Assembly: GCA_904063045.1 (NCBI GenBank)
Contig: CAJFCJ010000008.1
Location: 992,001 to 1,056,000, forward strand
Origin: Dimorphilus gyrociliatus
Taxonomy: Eukaryota > Animalia > Annelida
Direction: 5' to 3'
DNA length: 64,000 nt
In this document: positions 38,772 through 52,100 of the stretch, one piece after another
Layout of the letters: every line of letters begins with the position of its first letter
Position numbering within the stretch: the first letter of the stretch is position 1
Program-made: the position numbers and the translations under genes
The notes under the pieces: generated by a model
Told to the model about the DNA's origin: nothing
Seen by the model: only the letters and a program-made list of their open reading frames with translations
The model's database searches: none

Positions 38772-39766
38772 TCATAGCTTTGGCAAGGTCATTGAATGCT
38801 TATAAAAGATACAAGTAAACTCAAAGATGGCTTGTTTTTCATCATTTTTAAAGATTAAAAAATATATCATTTCAGGTCTTGTTTGCTCTTGCCATGTTAT
38901 AACTTTTAATAAATCACCCATTTTTGCTTCATCACTATGCAGTCTTAAAGTATCTCTTAGATGATAGTGATCGATATCGTGCTTGAAAAATTTATAAAAC
39001 CCTTTCTGAACTGCAAAAGAAGCACAATCGAAGCACAATCTGGAATATTCAACGTAATTCATATGCTGATAGATGTCTATAGATGATGATGGTACTTCAA
39101 CTTTCATTTCGAATACTTTAGATGGAGGTTGTAATCTATGAATTTTGTTGTTTGGAATGGATGGTACTCCAGCTTTATCAAATTTCTCTCTCAGGTGTGC
39201 AGGTAAAGGAATAGGTCTTTTATTGACGGTATCGACGACTACTAAGCATCTTTTAGTGTTTACTAGTTCCGTTTTTGTAATAGGGTGCACTAAAGTTAGT
39301 TGACTAACGTAAGACGAGTTTCCATAATTAATCGGTTTCAAATAGCAGTCAAAATGATCAAACTTGTATCTTTCATTTTTTGTCACATCGTAAAATTTCT
39401 CTTCTACATGTGTTTTAATCCAGAATGTAAAAGACAAATAATCTGGTTTCGTTCTATTTGTTGTTGTCTCAGTTTTTGATCTTTTCTTTAGATGACTATT
39501 TATATAACGAGCGATTGGTGCAATACCATCTAATTGCCATGGACAAAAATTTCCTGATGAATAGAGAACAATGCTTTAGATTTACTGCTTTCAGATAATT
39601 AAAGATTTATACAGAGAAACTTTGAGAAGACCAAGAGAAAATGCGAAATGATTTTTTTACTTTTTCTCTTGTGAAAAAGATATATAATTCTTTTCTTACC
39701 AAATTTATTATAATATCGGTAATCGAAAAAAGGATATTTAACAAAATCGCTTTGCATATCATTCAT
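38772..39766 (-). CDS. Acyl-ACP/acyl-CoA thioesterase-like (double HotDog fold) protein, paralog B, 282 aa
   Basis: Exon 39766-39700 plus exon 39553-38772; SSIDIYQHMNYVEY, LCFDCA, KGFYKFF and GDLLKVITWQ align with paralog A; same intron position (G|GNF). Confidence 0.62.
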
Positions 39767-39980
39767 TTTTAAAGGTTTAATCAATCGGTTAGTCTGACTT
39801 TATTACAGGCAAAGTCTACTAATTTTAAATAGAAGCTATGGCGTGACCTGTAAAATAGTGACACCTATTGCTTATTATCTCAATTATTTTTTTCTATTTT
39901 TTCGTTCTATTAAAATGTTTATTTTGTCATAAAACAAATTTATTATTATTTTTTTTAATTGTACATTTTCAATGAATTAT

Positions 39981-42193
39981 TTAAAACATAGTCTTTCGTC
40001 GTTTAAACGACATTGCAGATTTGATAAAGTCATCATCTGCCAAGTTGGAATATTTATTTAGCTTTTCAACAACTTTTAATTCAACTTTCTTGAACTGTGT
40101 GATAAAAGATTGTAAACATAATAAAATGTTTAATTTGTTTATCTATATAATATAAATAGTGCATACTTCTTTCAATTTAACTTTGTTTAATATGCGCTTT
40201 CTTAGCGCTTCTTCTCTTTTTAGGAGAGCATTCGCTCGTTTGTTTTTCTCTTCTATATTCCTCATCTTCTGTTCCAAATCTTTCTGCTTAGCTAATTTAA
40301 TTTGTAAAACTCTTTCTTCTTCTAATTCTCTTTCACGTTTTTCCAGCTCTTCGTGTTGCTTAATTTGCTGAAATTAGCTTTGTCAATTAATAATGAAATA
40401 TATATATTTATAGCTAAGGGGTAATAAAGTAAACGTATATCCTCTGGGAAAAGGCTCTTTTTTAATACCAGGTGTCGTTATAGTATACTGATGATTTAGA
40501 GAGCTTAATTTTTCAAATTTATCAATAGTTAAATATATCCACAAGTACAAATACTCCCCAAAGATTTGAAAGAGCCTCATTATTATCTTCTATTGAATAT
40601 TTTATTTTAAAGGAAATAGTAAGCTTTTCACTTCGGTTTTCTTTTCCTTTTTCATTTTTTTTAAAAAAAAAATACTTTTCTTTTTCATTTAAAGTAGAGA
40701 TTGTTTAATTAATTCTTGATGACAAGTTTACTAATTATAAAGGAAAGAATTTTGTTAATTATACCGTTTTTTTGTTGTTAATTGATAAAAAAAACGCTAT
40801 AGGTAAATGTCTCATTTATCATGTTACTTAATCATTAAATTACATAATCTAAAATGAAATTAACAAGTAATACAAAAAAAAGAGGATAACTAATCTGACC
40901 TTGACTCTGTCCAAAAGTTCACCTAAAAGTCGAATTGATTGTAGTTTACGATGAATAAGTAGGTTTCTACGATTTTCCATAGCTAAATTCTCTTCGCTTT
41001 GTGGTTGTATCTCGTCTCCCTCTTCTTTCTCTCCAATATCTTCATGAGTAATTGGGTATTCCTGATGAGAACTTATAGAAATGAAATAGAATCATTATTG
41101 TTCTCTTATAATTTTATTATTCTTTTTAGTTATCTTATTATTTACTTAAATGGATTAAAATTCTGTTTTTGATGGATTTCATCTTTTAATTGTAATCTCT
41201 TCCTTTCGATATTTCTTTTCCTTATATTCTTGTCAGATAAATGTTTTGTCTTGTCAAAATTGACCATGATTAAGGATGTTAATTTCCTTCCCGTGTGTCT
41301 GTCTAAATATAACAGTTTTTTTGCTTTTAAACAATTCATAGCTCTAACAAATCCGACGTATTCCTTAAATTGAATGAAAACCTCAAACAAAATAGGATTT
41401 TCAAGTAATCTTGCAGTCCTTTTAGCGGACGACGTTTGCATTTTACATCTAATAGAGTTGAATATCATTTGAATAGAATACGAATATGTTGATATTAGAT
41501 ATAAATTATCTACCTATACTTATCTAAAATTGGAATATCAATTACTCTAATTGAACCAAAGCTATTGAAGCATTCCATAACAATTTTTTCACAAGGTTTG
41601 CCATCATTTTCACTAATATCAGCAAACCATGATATTGGTAAATTTTTAATGTGTATTGTATCTGGGCGTTCACCAGCTTTCATTTCATTCATATTTTTAG
41701 AATCTTTAAAGTATGAATCCCATTCATTCTTTAACGGAAATGATATTTTTGCTTCTGTTACGCGGATAGTTACTGGTTCCATCAGGCTATTTAATTTTAA
41801 ACAACTTCCATCCATCCTACTAATCAGAATTCTAACAAGACTTTTGTTGTTTACTTCGCCTGCATAATTAAGGAGTTGCATGAAATTTTAATCGTCACGA
41901 ACAGTATGGAGGATAAGATTATATATATGAAAAAAGTGCATTTTACCTTCAAATTGAATATATTTGAAATCACTCTTGATAACCTTCAAAGCTATAAAAT
42001 AATCAGGTTTTATCACCTGTTTTAATTTTTCCATTATATCCCAATTGGAAATAGATCGATTTTTCTTTAAGTATGCTGGTAGAATTGCTATAATTGTAAT
42101 TTTGTTAATTGGTACTAGGAAGAGATTTTTAGGCGGATAAAGTTCAATTGCTTCTGTAATATCATGTACTTCGTTAATGATATTCTCTTCCAT
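39981..42193 (-). CDS. AKAP17A: A-kinase anchor protein 17A (XE7/SFRS17A splicing factor)
   Basis: VHDITEAIELYP...LFL.PI.K, SISNWDIMEKLK, GERPDTIHI..LP..WF, DIPILDKYR, FDKTKHLSD, KLQSIRLLGELL and a C-terminal coiled coil. The last exon boundary is approximate. Confidence 0.92.
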
Positions 42194-43101
42194 TCTTTCA
42201 ATGTTTCTGCTTTTCTGTAAAATTTTTATACTTCAACGTTAATAAGGTGTAGACTTATTATCTGTAATCTGGTTAGTGTTCAATTTTTTTCCTTTTTTTC
42301 TTTTTTTATAATTTCGCTCACCATGGAAACCATGTTGATAATTGAAAAATTGTTATAAAATTGTCATATAGGCTCGATCAAAAGTTGATTTGAATGCTTT
42401 AGCTGTTGCAACGATAAGTCCAAACATTTTCTATTCTATATTGCCAACTCTTTGAAGCAATCGAGTACATTTCCAGTTGCATTAGAAATTTTTTGCGTTG
42501 GCCTTTTATAAGCCTATTTAGATGTTTATTAAAGAAACTTGGTAACTAACTATACAAAAGACAATAAACAGTAATTATATTTATACATTAAGGGATCATT
42601 TAACTTATTATCATAAAATATTCAGATTATAGTAAAGATACTAATATATATTTTAGCTGATAAACAGAGTGATAGGAGCTATTTTTATATCATTTTACTA
42701 GTATTGACTCCTGAAAATAGAGTTAGCTTTGTATTCAACGTAATTTCCAACTGGCTGGCTCTCTTTCCAAGGTCTTTCCAGTCACATTTTCTATTATTAC
42801 AGGTTCCTTCATGTAGTATGATGTTCAATACATAAAATATATTTTTATCTATTTGTTATTGTTAGAAGTACGAAGATTATCCTAATAACTTATTACTCTT
42901 GTATCTTCAAAGAGAAATACTATGCTATATATTTCTTTGATTAATAAGTCAATTAGCATTATTACTTCAACATGTTTTATTAATAACCATTAAATATTTA
43001 CCAATTGTAGTGTACAAAAGAAAATATTTTCTAGGAAATAGTCTTTTAAAAATACTTATATACGATTTATAATAAGCGGGTACAACTACCAGACTGTTTC
43101 T

Positions 43102-43488
43102 CTATTCATTATTTAATATACGTTCGCATGCATTCAAGCATTTGTGTACAATAGTTCCGTCCAAATTTTCCATGTTAGAGTCAAGAGAAAATATCGTATC
43201 GTCGCTGTTTATCGTATAAAGCGACGTTGAATCATAGCATGACCTATTTTTATGTTTAATAGGTGTACTGGGAAGCGACCTTGCTCTTATTTGTCCGTTG
43301 ATTAAACGATGTAACTTACTCCAAAAAGTTGATTTTTTCTCCTGACGGCAATCCCAAATCAGAGTCAGACAAACTTTAGTTCGACGACCATTAACTGTCC
43401 ATTTTAGATCATTACTATGAGAGGTCAATTGTCTTAGAAGTTCAATAACCGGAGAAGGTAAGTTGATATCGTCCATGCTGCCTTTCAT
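43102..43488 (-). CDS. Uncharacterised single-exon 128-aa ORF
   Basis: Stop-free ORF with ATG and a globular-looking N-terminus (LPSPVIELL...KWTV...VCLTLIW) followed by a Ser-rich tail; no recognisable family. Confidence 0.45.
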   Translation of the reverse strand: MKGSMDDINLPSPVIELLRQLTSHSNDLKWTVNGRRTKVCLTLIWDCRQEKKSTFWSKLHRLINGQIRARSLPSTPIKHKNRSCYDSTSLYTINSDDTIFSLDSNMENLDGTIVHKCLNACERILNNE

Positions 43489-43982
43489 TCCATTTATAAA
43501 CAGGTAATAGCATTAGCTTCCTCTCCTTCCTAGGACACGAAACAAGATAGTAAATAAACTAAGGGCAGCACTCTAACTCTTGAGATATTTCTTGATATAT
43601 CCGTCTTTGCGACGCTAGATGACTCTTGCTCGCATTTATTTTAATCACGGACATTTTTTCCCCTAAAAATTCATTTAAATTCATCCTACGCCGTCGTTTT
43701 CTAAAACCCTTTAAACGAGCAATGACTCATAGGTTATCGTCTTGAAATCGAATATTATTGTTTGGAAAACAAACTTTATATTTATTATCAGCATATGTAT
43801 TATTACTGGCCAGAAACGTACATAATGGAAAATAGACATAGCGAAAATGGGAAATTAGTAAGCTGTAAGTCGTAACTCTATTTATGTTATTATGTTTGAA
43901 AGATGCTTTCACACAGAAGTTAACGAATAACAAAGTTTAAGGACTCACAAGCTAAATAAATCGCAATACCAAAAAAAGAACC

Positions 43983-44546
43983 TTATTCCTTAGGGACCGG
44001 ATCTTCCCATCTTTCATGGCTGACACCCTCAGCTAAATGGGTTATTCTTACGTTAACGGCGCAGTGTTTTTCGTTCTTGGGAGGAATGAGACACTTTTGA
44101 AAAGTCACATCATCACCAGGCTTTGGTACCCACTCGCCTTCGATGCTGGAAATAATTCTTGATTAGTTATATTTCGAAAGAGTTTGGCATTCTTACTCAG
44201 AAATATGCACAAAGATTAAATGCTTCGGATCATCATTTGGTACAACGAAACCATGCCCCTTGTTTCTACAAAATTCCTTTACTTTACCATTTAGGCGCGG
44301 AGTTTGTCTTACTCTCTCAGTTCTAAACGGTTAAAATTGAAAAGTGACACTGATAAATGACAACATGACGTTATTTGAATTTTAATCTTACTGTGAATAA
44401 GTTCTCGTTCTTCTAGTGGGGACAGGGCTTGGAACAAGAAAGAGATTGACTTTAGGCGAACCAGGCGACATACTTTTCGCGAGTTCGTCAAGCTCATCTC
44501 CGTGATTTCTTTCTCTACGAGTCGGTATTTCCTGCGGTTCACTCAT
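43983..44546 (-). CDS. CARHSP1: Calcium-regulated heat-stable protein 1 / CSDC2-like cold-shock-domain protein, 147 aa, 3 exons
   Basis: Exons 44546-44392, 44322-44197, 44145-43983 give VPSPVPTRRTRTYS...GKVKEFCRNKGHGFV...IFVHISDIEGEWVPKPGDDVTF...IPPKNEK..AV.V.ITHL...HERW. Not recovered by the ORF track. Confidence 0.95.
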
Positions 44547-44932
44547 CTAAAAAAGTTTTTAGTTTAGTATAAACCGGAATATTTAGAATAAAGTTTCAAT
44601 TTAAAAAATTACCACGTGCAATATTTGTGGGAATCAAGCAATCAGCAAAATGATTATTTTGTTTTCAAGTGAAAGCAAAACCGTGTTAAAATGGGTAAGG
44701 TCAGCGCAGTTTCGTATTCTTTTATTTTTCAATAAAATGTTAACTAGAATATTATAATTATTAATATTCAATATCATTTAATATTTATACATAGATAACA
44801 TATAGTAGCGTGGGATTTTATACGAAAATAACTTTTAGGATTGTTTTTATCGTAAAGCGGAAATACAAATGGGCCTATAGTATGCCATGTGCTGATCTAG
44901 TATTGAGTGGATAAATTTACAATCTAAGGAAA

Positions 44933-47900
44933 ATGCCGAAGAGACATTTTGCAAAAGGAAGAGTGAAGAAGGAGGTTATAATCGATAAGACGGAACAGAA
45001 AAAGGTATTATTTAATATATTGTTTCTCTTGTATTTAAAAGACTTGAAATAGATAAAGTTGGATCCAGAACTACTTGATGATCAAGATTCTGAAGAAAAT
45101 CCGTTAGTTTTACCTTCTCAGAAACGTAAAACAACAGTTGTTGAAACAGAAAAAGTTCCGAAGAAAAGATTAAGTAAAAAACAAGAGAGAAAATTGAAAA
45201 GTGTTTTACAGCGACGAGAGAAAAAATCTAAAAGAAAGCAATTAATTGAAGATTTAGCTAAAGTTCAACTTCCATCTGACAAACTAGACTTAATGACATC
45301 TACAACTGATTCTTTCAATCAGACAATAAAAAAGTAATTGTATAATTTTCTGTAGAATTTTGAAACTAATTGCTGATTTTTTAAGAGAAAATAAGAAAAT
45401 TGAAAAATTAAAAAAACCAAAGAAAGTTAAAGAAATAATTGAGGAGAGCGAAAGTGAAGAAGATAAAGTTGAAGAATTTACGCTAATGCAACCAGAAGAA
45501 AATGAAAAAGCCAAAGATGATGATGATAAAGAGGAAACGAACGAGAGCGAGAACGAAGAAGAAATAAAACAAGATGAAAGTGAAGAACTGAAAAAAGAAG
45601 AGAAACCTGTAGAGACATCTGAAAAACTAACAGCAGAAAATACTAAAGCGGTTTTTGTTCCTTGCCAAAGAAACGAGGAAATTCAAGTACATATATTTTT
45701 CTTTATACATAATCCTTATTTAATAATTTTTTCTAAGATGTTTATAACAATTTTTATGTCTATAGGAAGCTAGATTAAAACTTCCAATTCTTGGTGAAGA
45801 ACAAGTTGTAATGGAAACTATAAGGGAGAAAGATGTAGTTGTATTGTCCGGAGCAACAGGATCTGGTAAATCTACTCAACTTCCTCAATTTCTTTACGAA
45901 GCTGGCTATACTCAGTAAAACTATATAACATGTAAAACGTTTCACCAAGTTATTTTACTATATTTATAGAAATGGAAAAAAGATTGTTGTCACGGAACCT
46001 CGTAGAGTAGCAGCAATTAACGTTTCGAGACGTGTTGGAGAAGAAATGAACCTTCCGTCAAGGTGAAATAATTTTTATCCCGTAAGTTTATTAACTAAAT
46101 AACTTTTTTAACTTTTTCTCTGAGCAGCAAAGTGTCTTATCAGATAAGATACGAAGGGAATGTTACCGATGAAACTGAAATAAAATTTGTGACTGATGGT
46201 GTTCTTTTGAAAGAAATGCAAAACGTTGTAGACATAATTCGAATAAGACATCATTATTATTTATGTGTTATAAACAGGATTTAACTTTATCACGTTATAG
46301 TGTGGTTATTATTGATGAAGCTCACGAAAGAAGTGTAAATACTGACGTTCTTATTGGATTGCTGAGCAGAATAGTTCTGTTAAGACGCAAAGTACGTATT
46401 CTGTAGATGCTGTATATATATAAATAATTGGATAATTTGTTATTAAATATTAACTTTTTTTCTTTAAAGAAAGGAAATGTTTTGAAATTAATAATTATGT
46501 CTGCAACTCTAAGAACTGAGGATTTTACTGCAAATACAAGATTATTTAAAATTGAACCACCGTTAATATCTGTTGAATCACGGCAATATAACGTTAAAGT
46601 TACTTTTGCTAGGAAAACTCCCGAAGATTATTTAAAAGGAGCTTTGAAAGAAGTCTGTAAAATTCACAAACAACAGCCTCCAGGGGGAATTTTAGTATTT
46701 TTAACCGGGCAAAGAGAAGTTAACTGGCTTTGTCATAAATTGAAAACATCTTCAAATACAATGCTGCCATTAGAAGATAAGGAAACTCATCCAAAGAGGT
46801 TAGTGCAATATTGTCAAGAAATTTTATTTATATTACCAAATTTCTAAATATGTATTTAGATCAAGAAAGAGAAATAACAAGAAGAAAATGCCAACTATCA
46901 AACTAGAAAGTTATTCTGCCCTCCCGGAGGATGAGGAAGAAAGTGATTTGGAAGTTGATGAAATTGAAATGCTAGAATCAGATGATGGTGACGAAGAAAT
47001 CGATAATGATGGATTAGATCCGATGCATGTTCTACCGTTTTATTCTCTACTTCCACCAGAAAGACAGCAGCAAGTTTTTAATTCAGTTCCAGAGGGAAAA
47101 CGCCTTTGTGTTGTAGCCACGAACGTTGCTGAAACTTCAATTACTATTCCAAATATTAAGTATGTAGTGGACTCGGGAAAAGTTAAACGGAAAATATATG
47201 ATAAATCAGGTGGCTCTAGCAAATTTGAAATTGTTTGGACAAGTAAAGCCTCTGCTGATCAAAGATCCGGAAGAGCCGGCAGAATGAGTGACGGAAAGTG
47301 TTTTAGACTATTTTCTTCAGCAGTTTTCGAGCACGATATGCCAGAATTCGATGAGCCTGATATTATTGTAAAGCCAGCAGAAGATTTATATCTTCAAATG
47401 AAAGTCAGTAATTCTTATATTCATAAATATCATGATAATTTTTTTTGCCAATCAGTCAATGGGTATTGATAATGTTATGAATTTCCCATTTCCAACTCCT
47501 CCTAGTGCCTTAACTCTTCAGGTAATCACTTATACAGGCTAATTATAAACTAAGAAAGTTAAAATACTAAATTCATGTTCTTAAATACTAGGTTGCTGAG
47601 CGTCATCTTTTAGCATTAAATGCCTTAAAGAGAAAAGGTAAAACTACAAAGTTAACAGAATTAGGTAAAACAATGGCCACATTACCTGTTTCTCCTAAAT
47701 ATGCTAAAATGATAGCAATGGCATATGATACCGACGTATTGCATTATGTCATAATATTAGTAGCTTGTTTGTCGGTTAATCAACTATTTTCCGATTATTT
47801 ACTTTGTCGGAAGGAACTGACGAATGTTTGGACTGAAGGCGGCTATAAACTCCTTGGTGATTATATGTGCATCCTAACGGCTATTGGAGCTACTGAAGAA

Positions 47901-48923
47901 TTGAATTCAGAGAATGAATTTTGTATGAGATTAGGACTTCGATGGAAGGCGGTTTTGGAAGTGAGAAAATTAAGAAATTTGATTGTCAACACAATCAATT
48001 CAGTCTCTGGATCAGAATTTAGTATTTCGAAAGACTTAGAGCCGCCAAGTCTTGCTCAAGCAACAAAATTAAGAAAAATTATGCTTGGAGGATTTGTCGA
48101 TCAAATAGCCAAGTTTGTAACATTTTTATTAATATTTCAATAAATTTTATTTTTATTTGATGATAATTATTTGTTTTCACAGACTTGAATATAAAATAGA
48201 CGAAGAAACTAAGAAGAAAATTAGATTTTATCAACCACTATTAATCAACGAACCATCCCAAATCAATAGCAATTCTATAATGAACATAAAGAAAGAAGAT
48301 CATGAATTTATAATCTACAATGATATGTCAATAACAAATGACGTTCGTAAATTGTCATGTAAGTTCTTTAACAATTATATTTATTATTCCAACTTTTAAT
48401 GGTATATTTTATATTAGATATTGCGGTAATCGATAAAAGATGGCTACCGTCTTATTGTCCCTTCTACTGTAAGTTTCAACCAAAGTTAAAATACGAAAGA
48501 GAAGATCCGCATTCACCGTACTTCGATGAAGAGAGTGGAAAGATAAACTGTTTTAACGAAACATCGTTTGGGGTAAATGAAATTGAATGGAAATTACCTA
48601 TTCACGAAAAAGAGTTTACAGAGTTTACGGCTTTCTTCTATAAGTTATATGCAAAATTTTTGCTCGATGGGCTTATTCTGAAAGATTTGGCTCAATTTTC
48701 AAAAGATCTTTTACATAGCGCTAATATGATCATCATGAGTTTAAGTATTCCACCGTACAGTAAACCATTAGTTCAAAAGTTGATGAACGAAAAAATCACT
48801 GATAGACAAAAATTATTAGATTGTTTTGACAATAACGAACAGTTTCTATTAGAAGAATACTTGAAGTGGTTGCCAGAGAATATGCATTATACTGTAAAGA
48901 AAATTTGGCCTCCCAGAAAGTAA
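44933..48923 (+). CDS. DHX37: DEAH-box RNA helicase DHX37 (Dhr1; 18S rRNA processing)
   Basis: [52 protein letters not shown] and QRSGRAGR motifs plus an HA2 domain. Confidence 0.95.
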
Positions 48924-49148
48924 TTTATAGGAAAAATTTGTTATCATTTAGTTGGTATTTGTTCAAATAGTAATGTTGATATAAGTACCAACTGTGTATT
49001 GTACACGTATTTATACAAAAAATTAATAAAGAACTTATAAATATCACAAGAGAAATTGGACGGGTTTTGACTATCTATCACAGCAAAAAATAGACATTAA
49101 CAAAAAACAACCCATTACAAAATGCAATGATTAATACCTTCTGTGAGT

Positions 49149-52100
49149 TCATTTAGCTGATTTACGAGATTTTTTGGATTTAGGACGGGGTGGTTTTTCA
49201 TCAGCTTTCAATTGCTTTTCTTCCAAAGCACGTTGGCGTCGTAAAGCGGTGTTTACCTTTCCTAATTTATTCAAAGAGGTGAAGTTAATTGGATACTGTG
49301 TAAGAATATTGTATAAAAAAATTATAAAAAAAACAAACTTAAATTAGTTTTTGCTTTCTCCACTTGTTTATATTCGTCTTGCAACCAAACTTTTGGATGG
49401 CTTAATAACCTAAAGTAGTTCTCTTTTATTCTCTTTCTACAAAATAAATTAAATGACTCACCCTGCGGAAGATTGAAAAGGAGTGCGCTTCCTAGATCTA
49501 GGTCCGTCTACTAAAGTAGTACCATAGCCTCCGTATTCAGTTGGTGGTAAGAGTCCTCTATTAATGTAATTTATTAAAAAAAGAATGTGAAAAGATTTGC
49601 TCTAAGTAACCTCTTTAAAGTCTCAAATGATATGGGAACGTTGTTATCTATAAGTTTATCATGCATTTCTTGACACTCGGCAATAGCTTCGCTTTGAACC
49701 TCCTGTTATATTATTATCAATAATAATATTGAAATAATCTTATAAATCTTATTAATAAAATCCTTACAAAATCAAATTTTTTAGTCCAAATATCAATAAT
49801 CTCATCAGTTGAGTATTCAATTCTCTCTTTCTTTACTTTTGGTTTAGGAGGTTCGTATTTGACTCTTTCCTCTATAAACAAAAAAAAAGAATAAGAACTA
49901 ACAAGCTAAAGTTAAGGAAAAGCAAAATTTTTACTTTTTTTCTCTACCGGAGTTTCTTCTCTCATCTTTTTTGCAGCTTCTGTAGCTCGTTTTGCTTCTA
50001 TGGCACTATTTAAAGGACATGATATTATATTAATTATATTCTATGCAAATTATATTAAAATTTGTTCAGAAGCGTTTACTAAAATAAGCTAATCGTCTAT
50101 TAAACAAAAGAAAGAAAAGAGAAACTATGAAACAAAATAAGGAAAATTTTTTTTCTTATGAATTTTTGAAATACTTCTATTCATAAAGGCTTTTAGATTT
50201 GTATCTACATTTATATTATTATAAATAATAAGTCATATTTTCTTTTTCTTTCCATTATTTATATAGCATTGAAAAATTTAATTAATCTTTTTAGGAAATG
50301 ATTTTATATAGAAAGCTATTAAGAAATTAATATAAATAGATGAAATTACCTTAAATTAAATGGAATACTTTTCATACTCGCTGTACTAGCACATCTCATA
50401 CATGAACACGTCGACTTCTAAAGAATCAATTTCAATCAGATGAAAGCACAAAAAAAATAAAAAATAGAAATAAATAGGCCTACTTCAGCCGCAGCTGGAG
50501 ATTTAATCCTATCAGCACTCAACGATCTTCTTACCAACTGTTTCATTTTAGGTTTTATCTTTTTTTCGTCTGTAAGTTCACCCTTAAAATTCTGATTCTG
50601 CTTAGTTTCTTTCTTGACGTTAACTCTTTCCGGTTTCATTCTCACAGTTGTATCTTTTAAGTTTTCTGCTTGTGCCAGTTTATTAAACTCCATTTTTTGT
50701 ACATTTTCAACAACAGCACCTGTTTCATCGAATTCTAATGTTTTTACAGATTTTGTTGGATTTTCATTGACGCTCATTCTTGATATCATTGTTTCAATAT
50801 CATTATTATCAGTTTTTGATGTTCTACTAGATTTTCTACTTTTAAAGACTAGATTCTTTCGCTTTTCATCCTCCTTTACGGATGAATAAGCTACTTGAAC
50901 AGTGCTTAATTTATTAGACGCTGATTGTGGCCTATTCGATTTCAGCAGATTTTTCTTTTCAGAATTCATTGTATTAGGGTTTTTAGCTGATTGTACCCTT
51001 CTAACAGGAGTTTTTGTGTCAGCAAAGTGAACTTTTTTATCTCTAGAGAGCTTCTCCTCTATGTCTTCTTTGTCTTTATCTCCTTTAGACTCTAAGAGTT
51101 CTTCTTTAGTGTCTAATTCGTCTAAACCGATTAAACTTTCACCAGAATCAGAAATTAAACCCAAGTCAGACCTCTCCGAGTGCTTTTCCTCTTCCCAATG
51201 AGATAAATCGACAAATTCCGCTTCGTTCCAGTCCTCAATACTCCTGTGACCTTTGATAATTTTGTTAATTTCTTTTTCAATTCCAGTTGGTTTATTCTGA
51301 TTCTTTCTAGCTAAAAGTTTCTTTCTTTGTTGTTCTTTTGCAGCTTTGTAAGCCTCTTCAACAAGCCTACAAAAGAAGTATTTTTAAAGGTATAAGACAT
51401 AGATAAAAAGCTACCTTGCTGTTTCAATCTCCTCTTCAGAATCGTAATCAACACGAGGTAAAGTTAGACTTATTGGTTCAAAACGACGTTTTATTTGGCT
51501 ATCATCAACACCTTCAGAATATCTATAATAAAACAGTAGTAAAGTTAACAAAGAGGTGAGTATAAATTAATTTTTTAAATATTTTACTATAAATATATTA
51601 TATCTTAAATCCTTTTTATGTACAATATATGCTTTAGAGCATTCAGAAAGTATAAAAAGGATGGGCGAAAACTTAATGAATAAATAACTATTAAAACATC
51701 TTAAAAATTAACGTATTCTCATAGGTTTTCGAACTTTTACAAAGAAACCACTCTTGAAATATTAATTGACTTTTTTTAATAATGAAAAATGTATGAAATT
51801 ATACTAGGAAAATTAAAATCAATATTTTTTCAAGTCAGACAAACACTGTAAGAATAATTCTTATGCAATTATTATAATTATTTGATAATAAAATAGTTGA
51901 ATATACAGTGTATATGTAATGTAATAGTTTTTAGAGTATACCTAGTTTCATCGTTATTAGATATTTCATTTTTCAATTCACCAGTAAGATCGCAAGGTGG
52001 TGGGGCTGTTGTATTTATATAAGCTTGGGATAATATCTCTGCATTGGATAAAAATACAATTTTATTTGTCACTTTCATCAGTATTTTTTTTAAATAAATG

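Noticed and set aside
40383-40580. 65-aa ORF within an AKAP17A intron (possible alternative or poison exon)
   Set aside because: No recognisable homology and no convincing donor; likely chance.
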